Notes: generated by a model not told the origin, from the letters alone. A stretch of 51,553 nucleotides of DNA from Chromera velia (GCA_018398765.1 JAHBMJ010000291.1:1-51553), one strand, 5' to 3'. Positions 24,864-37,684 are shown, counted from the first letter of the stretch. Made by a program: numbers and translations.

Positions 24864-25754
24864 TCAGAGCTCCTCGACGCTGAAGTTTTCGGTCTTACCT
24901 CCAGCACTTCCGTCTGACGTCAACTCCGGCGGTAAGCTGATTTTTGTTTTCTCCCCACTCCCACCACTCCCACTGTCCTCTCGTCTTCGGCTGCTGTTGC
25001 CCTTTGTCGTATCGATTTTGGGCGGTGGGTTTCGGCTCTTTGGTCCCTTTTTGGAGGTCGGGTCTGATATGAAGAGAACAACCGACATACGGGGACGGTC
25101 AGAGGTGTAGGCCGGCATTTGATGAAATAATGGGCCGGGCCAAATGAGAAGCATTCCGTTTTGCGGTACTGTTCTCACGGTCTTCACCTTCTTACCGTCC
25201 GCCTGCTTTTTCATTCTCGTGTAGTCAGGAGGAAACCACAAAAGAGCCCCGTTGTCTTCAGAAGAGTCCCCAACGTCGACGTAGTAGATCCCTGTCACTT
25301 CAGTGATGTGGTCATGGGGCGCCCCTACTGATGAGGACCCGTCAATTTTCCCAAACAATCCTGTTAACTCTAGATGTGGGAGATCGAGTTTTGTTCTCAA
25401 AGTCTCGTCTACGATGCTTTTCAGTTTGGGAAAAGACATGAACTCCGTTGAGTTGTGGAGACCCGGAGGTGACCTCCAGGAATTTCTATTTGTCCATGGA
25501 GCATTCCACTCTCCTTCCTCGGCAGTCTGTTGAAGAAAGAGCAGGTCCTCTTTCAGGTGACGGTTCAATTCCTCGTCCTTTGGGAACATGGCCAGCATCA
25601 ACCCCTCTGGAACCTCACCGTTCTCAAACACCTGCCGACGAAACGATTCGGACTCGAACTCAGGCCCCAGAACCACTGATGGAGTTGCCAGAGCTCCACT
25701 TACAACGTGAGCAAGGCACCAAAGCAACAGTGTTTGCCAGGGCATCTCTGACAA
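24864..25754 (-). CDS. Intronless 2OG-Fe(II) oxygenase (TIGR02466-like, HxH...H...R type) with signal peptide and C-terminal VEEL
   Basis: PHDH..TGIYYVD..GALLWF..PQNGMLLIWPGPLFHQMP..RMSVVL; hydrophobic N-terminus WQTLLLWCLAHVVSGALA. The true ATG is probably M4 (MPWQ, ~25745). Confidence 0.85.
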   Translation of the reverse strand: MSEMPWQTLLLWCLAHVVSGALATPSVVLGPEFESESFRRQVFENGEVPEGLMLAMFPKDEELNRHLKEDLLFLQQTAEEGEWNAPWTNRNSWRSPPGLHNSTEFMSFPKLKSIVDETLRTKLDLPHLELTGLFGKIDGSSSVGAPHDHITEVTGIYYVDVGDSSEDNGALLWFPPDYTRMKKQADGKKVKTVRTVPQNGMLLIWPGPLFHQMPAYTSDRPRMSVVLFISDPTSKKGPKSRNPPPKIDTTKGNSSRRREDSGSGGSGEKTKISLPPELTSDGSAGGKTENFSVEEL

Positions 25755-27400
25755 CAGTTAAGAATTGAGTGTAAGTGAGATATATATATAGAAAAGCAAC
25801 GAGGGAAAGTCTTGATCTTCTTGCGCGTGTATATATGTATACAGTCTTACGGTCCGAGAATAATCAGGAATACTCGAGAGACTCTGCACCAGGCAATGTA
25901 CGGCTGAGATATATATATGGGCGGTGTTCAAAGGATCTCGAGACTTCGAAGTTAAGAGCAACATGCATTGCACTGATCATGAGTGCAGTGATGCATTAGC
26001 CGATTCCATGCATGCCGTGGCCCCCGAGCCACGGTATCTGTAGCCCAAACCGAAAGGAAAAAAGTAAAGGTGAGCCCCGCCCCCTACACCGAATTTCGCA
26101 CGCGCGCCACTTACGTACTTCCTCACATTTCGGGTCGCAAACGCCTTACGGGACCGCGCAGTAAAAATTTTGCGCATGCATGTCATTGATTGAAATGATT
26201 GAATTCGACCGCCTCTGAGGTCTGAATTCAGATGCGCTATCAGATGCGCTGTTCGAAGCTTTGTCAGACTTTGTAATGTGGATGAGCAGATGAGGGAAAT
26301 CTTCAACTTAATGACGGGCGTGGGCGTGACAGTGAGTGAGAGCTGGGTGAAAACACTACTCTTCAAACGCCGTCTCCGCGCGTCTCAATCTATCTGTTGT
26401 GAGTTTCTTATTGTTTCCGGACTAAGCAGATCTGCCCTTTGGTCAGGTCCCCACCTGTCCTGCTCCAAGGAAAGGTGAGTGGTCAATCTGTTCCTGTCTT
26501 CGTATTCCTCCTGTTTATTTGACTCAATAAATGAAAGGGAGACAGTCAGAGACAATCTGCTAGCAAGCGCATGGCATTGCGACTCTCTGCCGCGAGCGAG
26601 CTGCTGAACCCGGGCGCCTATGGCTTTCCTCTAGCTCTATTCACCCTGTTTGAGCCTGCCATGCAATATATGTGATTTCCTGTCTGTACTGACTTTGGGC
26701 TGTGAATCCTTGTGTCTTTGAGTAAATGGGTGAATGAGTAGGTGTGTTGGGTTTCCGTGTCCGTCTACATGTCTGTCTTAAAGTATCACCCCGTTGCCTA
26801 GCCCATTGCTGTCCACGATACTCGTTTCGATGCACGGTGCCCCTGTAGACAAATTTTTCCGGTATTTATGTGCGTGGATGCCAGTCTGTGATGTGGTTTT
26901 ATCTTCGTGTGCTCTGTCCGGCTTTCTCCGTTCCACATTTTTCTGTGTCTTTTAGGCTATGTGTGTATTGAACGGTATTGAAATTCGTCTCCTTTGAATG
27001 ACTGGGTACACGTTGATTGAGTGCAGGAGTGCTGAGACTCTGAGGAGAAGCGCAAGGGCGAAAGACTGGCTGACTGACTGCCTGACTGACTGACTAACCC
27101 ACTGATCGACTGGCAGCGACAGACAGTCACAGTAACTGACTATTTATCTGTTTTCTAGGTCTGTCTTGCTGTCTGTAAAAAAATTCCCCTCCCCTGGAAT
27201 AAAAATATGGCCTGTTTGCCTCTCTGCCCACCTGCTCGCCTGCCTACCTATCTGTCTACTTCTCCGTATGTTTGTCTGTATGATATTGTATGTAGGTGTA
27301 TGCGTATGTGTATGAGGCCAGGAGACACACACACAGAGAGCGAGAGAGAGAGAAAGTGAGAGCGAGAGCAAGAGTGAGACAGAGAGAGAGAGAGGGAGAG

Positions 27401-27451
<51 letters not shown>

Positions 27452-27885
27452 CTGTGGGCAGCTTGCACTTCAAAGCTCTAGGAGGACTACATCCATGATG
27501 TATTTCATTGTGTCGGCCTTTCTGCCTCGCGTGTTTTTGTACATACGTGAGAGCTTCCTTTGAAAGGCTTTGTAACATTCCCGCTCCACTCTACCACAGG
27601 GCCTGTGTATGCTAGTGTGTATGGTTGTCTCTCGGTGTGTGTTTGCCTGCATATTCTTTTGTACAACCACCAGGCGGTGTACCGAGGTCTGCTTGCTTGA
27701 AATTATACTCAAAACTCTCTGGGTTGCTTGCCTGCTTTGGGGTCACTGCCCAGGGCCACTGCCTCTTTTTGCACTGCACAATTTTGAATGTTCTGCGTAT
27801 CAGTCTGTGAATGAAATGAAAGCCTTAAAAACTTTGAACGAAAGGGAACATTCCTTAGCACGTCCCTATCTGATCTTCCGTTCTC

Positions 27886-27934
<49 letters not shown>

Positions 27935-28047
27935 GTGTGTGTGTGTCTCCGTCCGTGCGTGTGTGATCTATACCTATGTGAGCTTGGCAATGTCAGTCTG
28001 AGTAATGTGCGTGCTTATGTGTGTATGCGATGTAGTGGTGAGAGTGT

Positions 28048-28084
<37 letters not shown>

Positions 28085-28094
28085 ACGTAAGTGT

Positions 28095-28139
<45 letters not shown>

Positions 28140-29259
28140 TGTGTGTGTACGTGCGCACGTTAGCAGACAGGTGGCAGACGAAGACTCATGATCAGGGAGA
28201 GATAGAGAGCGAGAGAGGGAAAAAGCCAGATGGATGTACGGTTCTGCATAGGAGAAAAAGATCGAGGCCGATGCACCCAGACTGAAGTAGAGAAACTGAC
28301 AGTGTCTCAGACAGATAGTAAGATCGAGAGACAAAGGCTAGAACAAAGGGTGAAAGATGATGAAAGAGTAACTATTGTATAAGTGATGCAGACATATATG
28401 CAGACACTGTAATACATTATCAAAGACTAGGTCAAATACTGTTAGCTCACTCCTCCCCGGTCCTCGGACCATCCTTCGTGTCTGGGGCCTTTTCACAGAT
28501 ACCTTTACTGTGTTTTCGTATCGAACCTAATCGAGTTATTAGTGTATTGAGAGATCACGTTAACTAGAAAACGAGTCAATCATTCTCTAGATCGTCATTT
28601 TTTCCTTTTTAAAAATGTTAGAAAAAATATGGTAAATTAGTTTTATAAACTCAGGTAAAGAATATGTATTGTAGACAGTTTGCAGATCGATTTGCTGTAA
28701 GTATAAGTAAGAATTTCAGACTAATTTTTAGTTGTATTTAGGCCTTCATACGTGATAATGCGCGACCCCCGGTTTCCCCCTTTCAACGGGGCCACGGCAT
28801 GCTCCGCAGGAGCATTAAATGTGCATGTATGCTAGCTACAGCCGATTTCAGTGCACACAGACTGAGCTGACGCACGCAAGCCTATATTCGAGTGCATGCA
28901 AAGCGCATATATATTTTAAGGTCAGTCAATTTCCAAAAAAAATTTCTCGAACGCTCGGAAAGTCCCTCCAACAATCCGACGAAATTCAGCAATTGACACC
29001 GGCCATGACGGTCAATCAATAGAGAACCAGTTTGCCATACATAGAAGCTGGAAAACTCAGGATAGTCTTGTTACCCGAAGTTTGACACTCACAACCTTCG
29101 CAAGCCTTAATTTTAGCGACGAAGGGTGAAGTTCCCGGTGAACCCGTTCGCCAGACTTCATTGAACGCCATTCTGTGCAGTACGTTAGTCCAAGGCGACC
29201 AGCACTGACAGGTGAAGAGATCAAGCTGAGTCTCGTTCAGTAGTGCCAGAGTATCAACA

Positions 29260-30102
29260 ATGTGCCGGTCAAGCATTTCTCTTGTGTGCTTCATTCTGGT
29301 CTGGAGCTGCGCGGCCGCAACTGCCTCATCAGTGGTTCTGGGGCCTGAGTTCGAGTCCGAATCGTTTCGTCAGCAGGTCTTTGAGAACGGTGAGGTCCCA
29401 GAGGGCCTGTTGTCGGTGACGTTTCCAGCAGATGAGTCTCTGCGCAGTCAGTTGAGGGAGGACCTTCTCCATCTCCGTGAAACCTCAGATCCAGGCAAGT
29501 GGGCCTGTTCATGGTGTAGTACGGGGTCATGGAAAACGGAGGGATATGGATTGCATCAATCGAAACAATTCCCTTCATTTCGGAAGTTGAAGGAAGTGAT
29601 TAACCTCCTGCTCAGCGAAAAGCTCCAACGTCCTGATCAGAAAGTGACGATGATGTTCGGGAAGATTGACGGTTCACAGTCACGAGGGGAGCCTCACGTG
29701 CATTCGGCAGAACTGACCGGAATCTTCTACATCGATGCTGGTGATTCGTCCGAAAACAACGGTGCGTTGTTGGTCTACCCTCCTGATTGGAAAAAAGAGG
29801 GGAAGTACAAGGGGACGGGAAAGACCCTGAGAACTGTACCGCAAAACGGGATGCTTCTCGTTTGGCCAGCCCCGTTGTTTCATCAGATGCCGAGCTACAC
29901 GTCTGACCGTCCGCGCATATCGATCGTTTTCTTCATAAGCTCACAAAGAGAAGGCGGTGTCGCAAAGTCAAAGGGCACCAAGAAAGTTGGGGGCAATGGG
30001 AGTGCGGTGGGTGGGCAGGAATCAAAAACGACAGAGCCCAGCAATTTGCCTGACACTGCAGGAGAGAGAGAAAAAGAAAAGTTCGACGTCGAGGAGCTCT
30101 GA
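29260..30102 (+). CDS. Intronless 2OG-Fe(II) oxygenase paralog with signal peptide and C-terminal VEEL
   Basis: PHVH..TGIFYID..GALLVY..PQNGMLLVWPAPLFHQMP..RISIVF; shares SVVLGPEFESESFR with 24864-25754. Confidence 0.88.
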   Translation: MCRSSISLVCFILVWSCAAATASSVVLGPEFESESFRQQVFENGEVPEGLLSVTFPADESLRSQLREDLLHLRETSDPGKWACSWCSTGSWKTEGYGLHQSKQFPSFRKLKEVINLLLSEKLQRPDQKVTMMFGKIDGSQSRGEPHVHSAELTGIFYIDAGDSSENNGALLVYPPDWKKEGKYKGTGKTLRTVPQNGMLLVWPAPLFHQMPSYTSDRPRISIVFFISSQREGGVAKSKGTKKVGGNGSAVGGQESKTTEPSNLPDTAGEREKEKFDVEEL

Positions 30103-31249
30103 TGGACAGACAGACCGACCGTCTCAGTCACCCTTCCGGTTCCTCTGTAACGTCTCTGGCTGATAATGGGTTTTCTATCCGTCTTTCCGTCTGCCACTGG
30201 TATTCCTTTAGGATGCAGGAGAGAGGATTCGTATCTCACAGGATGAAGCTGAAAATTCGAGTACATGAACGCAGCAGGTAAGAATGCACTAGCTGCATCA
30301 AAGCAAACCCAGCAGTTCCAGTTGTCTTCCAAACAGAAAGAGAAGAAAGAATAAAGGCAGACCGCACACCGAAGGGCACCCCAAAGGCAGGCATCTGAAG
30401 AGTCTCTCCCAACGGCTCCTTGTCAGAATTAAGCACATCTAATTCCACCGGATTTCACCCCTCGAGGCACGTCCTTTGACCAATCGATCGATGCATAGGT
30501 CCATCGATCGAACGGCACCACCGCACTAAAGCCGAATGAGTGCTTTCCTCCAAGAGAGGGCCTGACTGTATGCTGCTCATCAGTACACACTTTTACTTTC
30601 CCAGCCAAGCTGCTCAGCTGAGTAACACAGCCCGAGTTGCGTGGCCGCCACCATCCACCGAGTCAGTGACAGCGGCTACCACTGAACAAGTGTCAACGGA
30701 GATCAAACCAATGCATGAATCGTTTTATATTATTACAACTTTATTGTGCTGATCGATGTGGATTCATGCAATTTGATTGCTGAACCCTTGGCTGTGCTCT
30801 TTATTTATTGCTTAAAGATCAATTCAATAGTATTTGGCTTGCTTGAAACAATTGATCATTGTTGTTTAATAAGTTTTTAAACTCTAGCTATACACTGTCC
30901 TAATTTGGTCCCTAGTTAGGTCTCTAAAGCTTAGACTATGGGGCCCATGCCTAGGCCCATGCGGACTACATTTAGGCCAGCATTAGCCAGCATTCAAGAA
31001 TTAGGATTTCGGAGAACAATTAAAGTTACAATTTTCTAAATATAAACCAATAAAAATTAAAAAAACCCTCGAATGTATGAGTAATTTACAATCTGCATGG
31101 TTTAGACAGGTCATATATTAGTAACAAATTACGAATCTTGATCAAATTATCAGAAATATATGTAAACTTGCATATGTTTAGAAATTTAGCTTACAGTAAC
31201 GCAGTCAAATTCAAGTTGATGGAGTTATAGAACATTCATTTTCATAAAA

Positions 31250-31463
31250 TGATAAAGATTCCGTCATACTTTCAGGTTTATAGGAGAGCCCGTCTGTCTT
31301 GGCTTTAGCCAGAGATATACGCTACGATAGATCGATCAGTTTCTGCATGCATTGCTATGCATTACTACATTGCAACTCTGCATCTCTGTGCATCACGCCT
31401 CTCTATGCACACGCGGCCTACTACCAACGGCCCCGGAAAGAGGCCCAGGGAGAAATCCCAACA
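31250..31463 (-). repeat. Copia 3' LTR
   Basis: tgataaagattcc...gaaatcccaaca, adjacent to the PPT. Confidence 0.95.
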
Positions 31464-31479
31464 ATCACCCCCTGACTCG

Positions 31480-32839
31480 AGAGCTACTATGAGAGTCACT
31501 CTTTTGCTTTCCTCTGCACACCTTCGCAAAATCCAGAACCTTTCTATCTCCTTTCATCTGCTTCTGCACAAACTTGGGAGCTTGACTTCCTCTGTCCCTC
31601 TCCATCTTGTACTTTATGTGTCTGTCCGCTCTCTGTCTGTCTGTCTGTACCCACAGTACCTTTGCCTTCAAGGCTCTAAGCTCTTGACGTGTATACGCCA
31701 ACAGACCATCCATGCGAGGCTCCCGTCTGGAACACTTTCCAACTGCTCCATCAGAGGAGTGCTGTCAGTGTAAACCTCAACCTCCAGAGGCTTCATCCAG
31801 AGGGCCTCAGCAAGTCACTTCCATTGGAACGACTGCTTCACGCCATCTACAAGCGCACACAACTCTGTAGAGGTGGAAGAAATCAGTTTTCTTTTGATTC
31901 TCTTGCTCTTCCATGCCACGAGATTCGAGAACCTCATGTTCGCGATGTTTTCTTTCTTATCAACCAGACACACTTCAAACCCCCCTCTCCCTTCACAGCG
32001 AGAAAGAGAATACGCTGCATCAACAAAGAGAGCAAGCTTCGGATCATCCACTCCGCTGAACTGCAGGCAGTCACCCTTCTCACGCGCGCAAATCAATGCT
32101 AGAATCAATGCAAGTAAAGCAGCCACAAGCTTTGAACCAGAAGGACAAGAATTATAATGAGAGAGCTTGCTGAACAGATATACAAGATCGGCGGTCGTGC
32201 GACAAACCTAACCAAGCATACCCATCACTTTCTGCATGACACTCACAAGAGATTCGTCTGTCTCCTCTTCTGCTGATGACTCAATGAGTTCAGGAGACAA
32301 AGACTTGCGGGGAAGGTCTTCCTTTTGCACAGGGATTGATTCGAGATAAGCTTTCTGTGAGAGAGCAAAGCCTTCCTCTGTTCTCTTCACCTCCATCCCT
32401 GTGTAACCCATCTCACCCCCATACTCAAGAATCTCAGGCTCATCCATTTCAAGACGCTTGCGCAGAGGCTCGAGATCACGCAAATCATCAACATGGACAG
32501 CCATCACAGCCTTCACGCTTCCTGCCTCCTTCTTCACAAACACGCTTTCAGTCACTTCTTCCCATCCACACTCTCCGGCAATCCGTTTGAAGTGCTAACC
32601 ATAGAGGCGAGGCGCATCTTTCAGACCGTACATCGCACGCAGCAATTGACTCACCTCACCAGACGCAAACCCTTCGGGTGACCCCTCAGGAACTCGGCCT
32701 GGCAACTGCATGAACACATCATCAGAAATCGCTGCAGTCAAAAATGCTGTGCGAACGTCCGACTTTCCTACCTTCCATCCTTTGCTCGAAGCAAACACAA
32801 AACAGACAAGCAACGCCCACCAGGCTGCCGTCTCACTGT
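31480..32839 (-). pseudogene. pol: Copia pol 3' part: RT and RNase H (in-frame stops)
   Basis: DVRTAFL, LLRAMYGLKDAPRL, VHVDDL, YTGMEV, LSQKAYLE, FVDAAY, AWKSKRIKR..SSTSTEL, VYTDS. Stops at 32595, 32208, 31815. Confidence 0.92.
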
Positions 32840-33247
32840 AAGTCCCTAGTATGCTTGAAACTGGACCTTTATGCTAAAGTCTGACCTTTATATTATTCGT
32901 ATTTAATAATCATTGCATGTCATGCCCCGAGGTTGGCCAGAGCCTAAGTAGTGGCTCACTGGCTTTAACCGCCTCAATTCAGTTATGATTTTATCTACAA
33001 TAGAATGTTACTATTTTTTTTTTAGTTGACTAGTACTAATTTTTCAATATAAGTTATAATTAACATATTAAGAAAGTTTAAGTATATTTAAGTATCTCTA
33101 ATAAACCTAGTAACAAACTTATGTAGGGTAACCTCAGGCTACTAGGTAACCTACAGCATAATAATTAAGAAATACAAATTGATTTAGAAAAAAGAGATTG
33201 ACGGTGAAAAAATAGTATCTATGAAAGACATTCAGATCTTTTTGTTT

Positions 33248-33865
33248 CTAAGTCTCTTGAATAAAAAGACAAAGATTGTGTTTTTCACCACTCTCACACA
33301 TTTTTGCTTGAAACGTTGCAAGATAGACAAAAGAGAGATGAGAGGAGAGTTTTTTTATGAGAATTGGATCAGATGTGACAAGTACAGCCAATTGATTTTC
33401 CAAAGCAAATGCGAGGGATAAAATTGCATGAGCAGTGGAAGAAAAGTCTTTCGCCACTCCAATAAAATGGAATAAAAACAGTTTTTTGCAATTACCCACA
33501 AAAGCATAAATGTTCTGTGTTTGGTTGACATCAGATTGTAAAAACTGCGGTCTTTCTCTCTCCAGACAAACAGACTCCGCAAGCCACTGCGCACACTTTA
33601 TACGCATTGCATCGATTTTGACCTCTTTTGCCTTTCTTATTCCCATAATGAGAGCAACAACGCACGGAATCCCCCCCCCTGACCCTAAATCAACAAAAGT
33701 TATGTCATGTAAAGAATGTCCCACTTTTTGGACTACGAAAAGAAAAAAACGACGAAGCGAGTCAACCAAAAATGAGCCACCATGCCGGCCTTCTAACCCA
33801 GTCTCAGAAAGAGAGAAAAAATCGGATTCAATACTCTCTGAGAGTCTTCCCCACACTCCATCTAG
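33248..33865 (-). CDS. Class I SAM-dependent methyltransferase domain, DOT1-like (C-terminal part of the cargo gene)
   Basis: HGGSFLVDSLRRFF..DITFVDLGSGGGIPCVVA..KAKEVKIDAMR..QFLQSDV parallels DOT1-family YGE..DxFxDLGSGxG..GxE..F.xGD. The motif-II acidic residue appears mutated. Confidence 0.6.
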   Translation of the reverse strand, partial: LDGVWGRLSESIESDFFSLSETGLEGRHGGSFLVDSLRRFFLFVVQKVGHSLHDITFVDLGSGGGIPCVVALIMGIRKAKEVKIDAMRIKCAQWLAESVCLERERPQFLQSDVNQTQNIYAFVGNCKKLFLFHFIGVAKDFSSTAHAILSLAFALENQLAVLVTSDPILIKKLSSHLSFVYLATFQAKMCESGEKHNLCLFIQET

Positions 33866-34821
33866 TCACTCGTTGGAGGACGCAGACGATTCTTCCTCTG
33901 ACTCGGATAAACCAGACCTTGGCTCATATGAGCTATCACGGTCATGCTTCTTTCTCTCCTTCTCCTTTCTTTTTTTGTCTTTCTTGTCTCTCTCTCTCCT
34001 TGCCGCTTCTCCTTATTCGGCTGCGGCTCTCCTCTTTTTTTCCTTCTGTTTCTCTCTTCCACCGCCTGCAGAGGCCGAGGCGCTGCTGGAAGAAGCAGAG
34101 CCTTCTCCTTCCGTCTTTTCACTTTTTTTGTTGCCCTTCTTGTTCTCCTTCTCCCCGTCGAATACGTTCTGCCTATCTTCATCCTCTTCTCTCGCAGCAG
34201 CAGAAAGAGAGGTCCTGCCTTCACGTCTGCGGCCTCCTTTTCCGCCTCCTTTCTCCTTTTGATTGTTCTTCTTTCCTTTCCCCTTTTCCTTCTCTCTTTT
34301 CTCAGAAGCGGAAGAAGAGACATCAATCGCCCCGTCCGGGATCGACTTGTTCGCATCAGCGATGGCAATCTTGACATCCGGATCGTTCTCCAACTCAAGC
34401 AGTTCTGCATCTTTTTTCGGACGGCCATCGCCGAACTAAAAGATCCGCCCGCCGGTGTCGCACTCGATCGCGGTGTACATCTCCTTCTCGAGACGCACCT
34501 TGGACTTTTCAGTAATGCCCAGCTCGTCTGACTTCTCGACGTGATCGACCATAATCCAGTTCACGGCAGAGAGGTCGTACGTTGCCCGCACCGCTCCGAG
34601 ATGCCACCCAGTCATGTCGACGATGACGTCGGCGTTTGTGAAGGTTTTCGGCCTCTCCAACTTCTCCAGAATGTACGAAAGGCACTCGGCGAGCAGGATT
34701 GGCTTGAACTCAAACGGGCTGACCACGAGCTTGCCATAATACTTCTGCAAAACAGTTGTTTCAATTATTAACAAAATGTTTCACTTTCTAAAAAATGTTT
34801 ACACTACAGACACCTGCTTAA

Positions 34822-34868
<47 letters not shown>

Positions 34869-34925
34869 AAGAGAGAAAGAGAGAGAGAGACAGAGAGACA
34901 AGGAGACAGAGAGCGAGCGAGCGAG

Positions 34926-35004
<79 letters not shown>

Positions 35005-35059
35005 TATGGCACATACACACACACACACACACACGCACGCACGCACGCACGAACGCACG

Positions 35060-35135
<76 letters not shown>

Positions 35136-35196
35136 CATGCATGCATGCACGCACGCACGCATGCACAAACGCACGCAGAAGGGCACACACACACAC

Positions 35197-35248
<52 letters not shown>

Positions 35249-37526
35249 ACATACAGAGAGAGAGAGAGAGAGATACAGAAGGGGAGAGAGAAGGACATAC
35301 ACACTACATGTACTGAGAGAGAGAGACATTGAGTTCTCGAGAGGGAGAGAACAAGCGAGCAAGGAAGAGAGAAAAAAAGAAAAAGAGACTGACGAGGAAA
35401 GAAATAGAAGAAACATTGGAAATAAATTTGTATAGAGGAACATGAGAGCAGATGCAGCACAAGAATGAGTCACTTACGTCTTTGTATTTGATTGCGTCTG
35501 GGTGTTCGCAAAAAGACCCCCATCCCTCCACCGTTGTGTTGGTCAGGATTTCGGGAAACTACACGGTGTTGTAGTAGACTTTCTGCCGTTTCTTCCTGCC
35601 CCGAGTGGCGCCACTTTGGGAGATAGAGGCGGCACTCGCAGAGCTGCTGCCTGAAATAGAACCGCCAACGCAGGAGACGGAGTCTGCTGCAGTCACCATA
35701 GCATCGGCGTTGGTGGGGCTACCTCCTTCTTGCCCCGCTTGGAGGCCTTGCTCCCCTTCCCCATCACTCCCTTCCAGGGGGGGAGGAATGCCAGCTCCGA
35801 TGACCAACCCGACAGACACGCTGCCCTGTCCCCTCCTTGCAAAACGTGATCGGAGGGAATCTTCCCCTTCATCGGAAGGGATGGAAACGGGTAGAAGTGT
35901 CGTCCAGACATGACCGAAGACCTTTCGGTCACTATCAGTCATGGCCCTCTGAACAGTGTCCAAAGCAGACCACAGGGTCTGCTCCCTGGCGGGCCTCATG
36001 ATGAAGATGATGGTCACCGTCTCGGCAGAATGGATTATGGCGATCTGGTCAAGGAGCTTGTTCAGTTGCGTCTGCATGCAAACAATAATATTTCAAACAG
36101 GTACAGAACGGTACACCGGTGGCTTCAAAACAAAAAAGGCAGACAAAGAACAGAAAAGAATCAGAAGAGAAAAAACAGATCGCGCGAGATCAGAGCCTGC
36201 ATGATCGTAAAGATGCACAAACTGAGAAAGAGCCTGGCATCGAATGAACAGTCAGACGAGTCAGAGGTACGGTCACTCTCCTCTTGCGGCAGCAACGATT
36301 TACACCGATAAGCACTCAGCGGGTCTTTTAAAGATAGGGCTGCTGCAGGTACCGGGCACTAATAATGCCCTGGGCATACTACGTAGACAATCACTGCCGG
36401 TGCAACGAGGCTTGGCTCATACCATACGCAGCAGACTTCTGTCCAACCGACAGGGCCCTATCAACGACCAGTTTCATCATTTCTCGCACGTTCTGAGAAA
36501 AGTAGATGCGGAAAGGTAGAGAGAGGGAGAAAGAGACTGTCAGAACCGTCAAATAAAAGAGAGAACGACTGACGTCTTTCAGAGCCCCAAGAGAACTTCT
36601 AGTAGAATTTCCAGAACCCAGGCCAGGCATTTGCTGGTTCGGGTCAAGGTGGAGAAACGCGAGCACCAGAGAAGCGTTCTTCCCCAGCGAACTGAGAACA
36701 GGCTTCACACCTGCCCACGCAGGGACAATTCTCATACGCCCAAGCACTTTCGTGCGAACGAAGTTCATGTCGGCCTCCTGAATTTTCTGTTTGTGCTCTT
36801 TCTGAAGTCGGTCTAGAGTGAGCAGCTTTCTCTGTCTGGCCTCAAGGTGTTGTTGCTGCTGAACTTCGCGAGCTTCAGATGACTTGATGTCATCTTTCTC
36901 CTTGTTCTCGCGCAACTTGTTCCACGCATCCTCTACCTGTTTGTTGAACTGGTCGTCCTCGACTTCCTACTGTCGAGCATTCAGCAGATCGGTCATGCTC
37001 TGCTCGGAGTTCATGTGCTCAACGATCTCGTTCCAGGTGTTGATGAAGTAGTCCAGTTTTGTCAATGCCGTACGCTCAGCATCATCAGCTCCATCCTTCT
37101 TCTTCTTAACCGCGTTGTTCCATGCAGTCAAGGCCTTCAGGGCAAGCTCGTTCTTCCCTCCTGCCACGTCCGTCTCGATCTTGTTCTTGAACTCGACGAA
37201 AACGTTGGAGTTGATCAGCATCTCCGGAAGTCGTTTCTCGTCGTCCCCGTACTTCTCCTGGCATGCCTTCCAGATCTCCTCTTCGAAGATGGCCAGCACG
37301 ACCTTTCTCTCAAAAAACTTTGGCACGGTCAAGGAGCAGACGTTCTTCGCCGCATCAATCACCGCCAGCGTCGCAGCCTGCATGCATGATAATCAAAAAC
37401 ACAGTGTTTCACATACAGACACACCGTTACAAAGATATACAGACATTGTACATAGACAAAAACAAAGTCACAAACACATACACGCATGCACGCATACACA
37501 CATTCACACCTTCACACATACACCTT

Positions 37527-37604
<78 letters not shown>

Positions 37605-37647
37605 CAGAAAGAGAGCGACAGAGAGAGAGAAAGAGAGACAGAGAGAC

Positions 37648-37684
<37 letters not shown>

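Noticed and set aside
26033..28503. Possible TIR element between the oxygenase genes (GGTATCTGT ... ACAGATACC)
   Set aside because: Only a 9-bp inverted match, no TSD and no transposase; the region remains unexplained.
33510..34531. Plus-strand Ser/Phe/Leu-rich ORFs
   Set aside because: Antisense to the K/E-rich cargo linker.
34776..35473. Long ORFs of THTH/ERER/CVCV (also 11047-11400, 20524-20939, 37115-38017, 42606-43199)
   Set aside because: Translations of intronic microsatellites.
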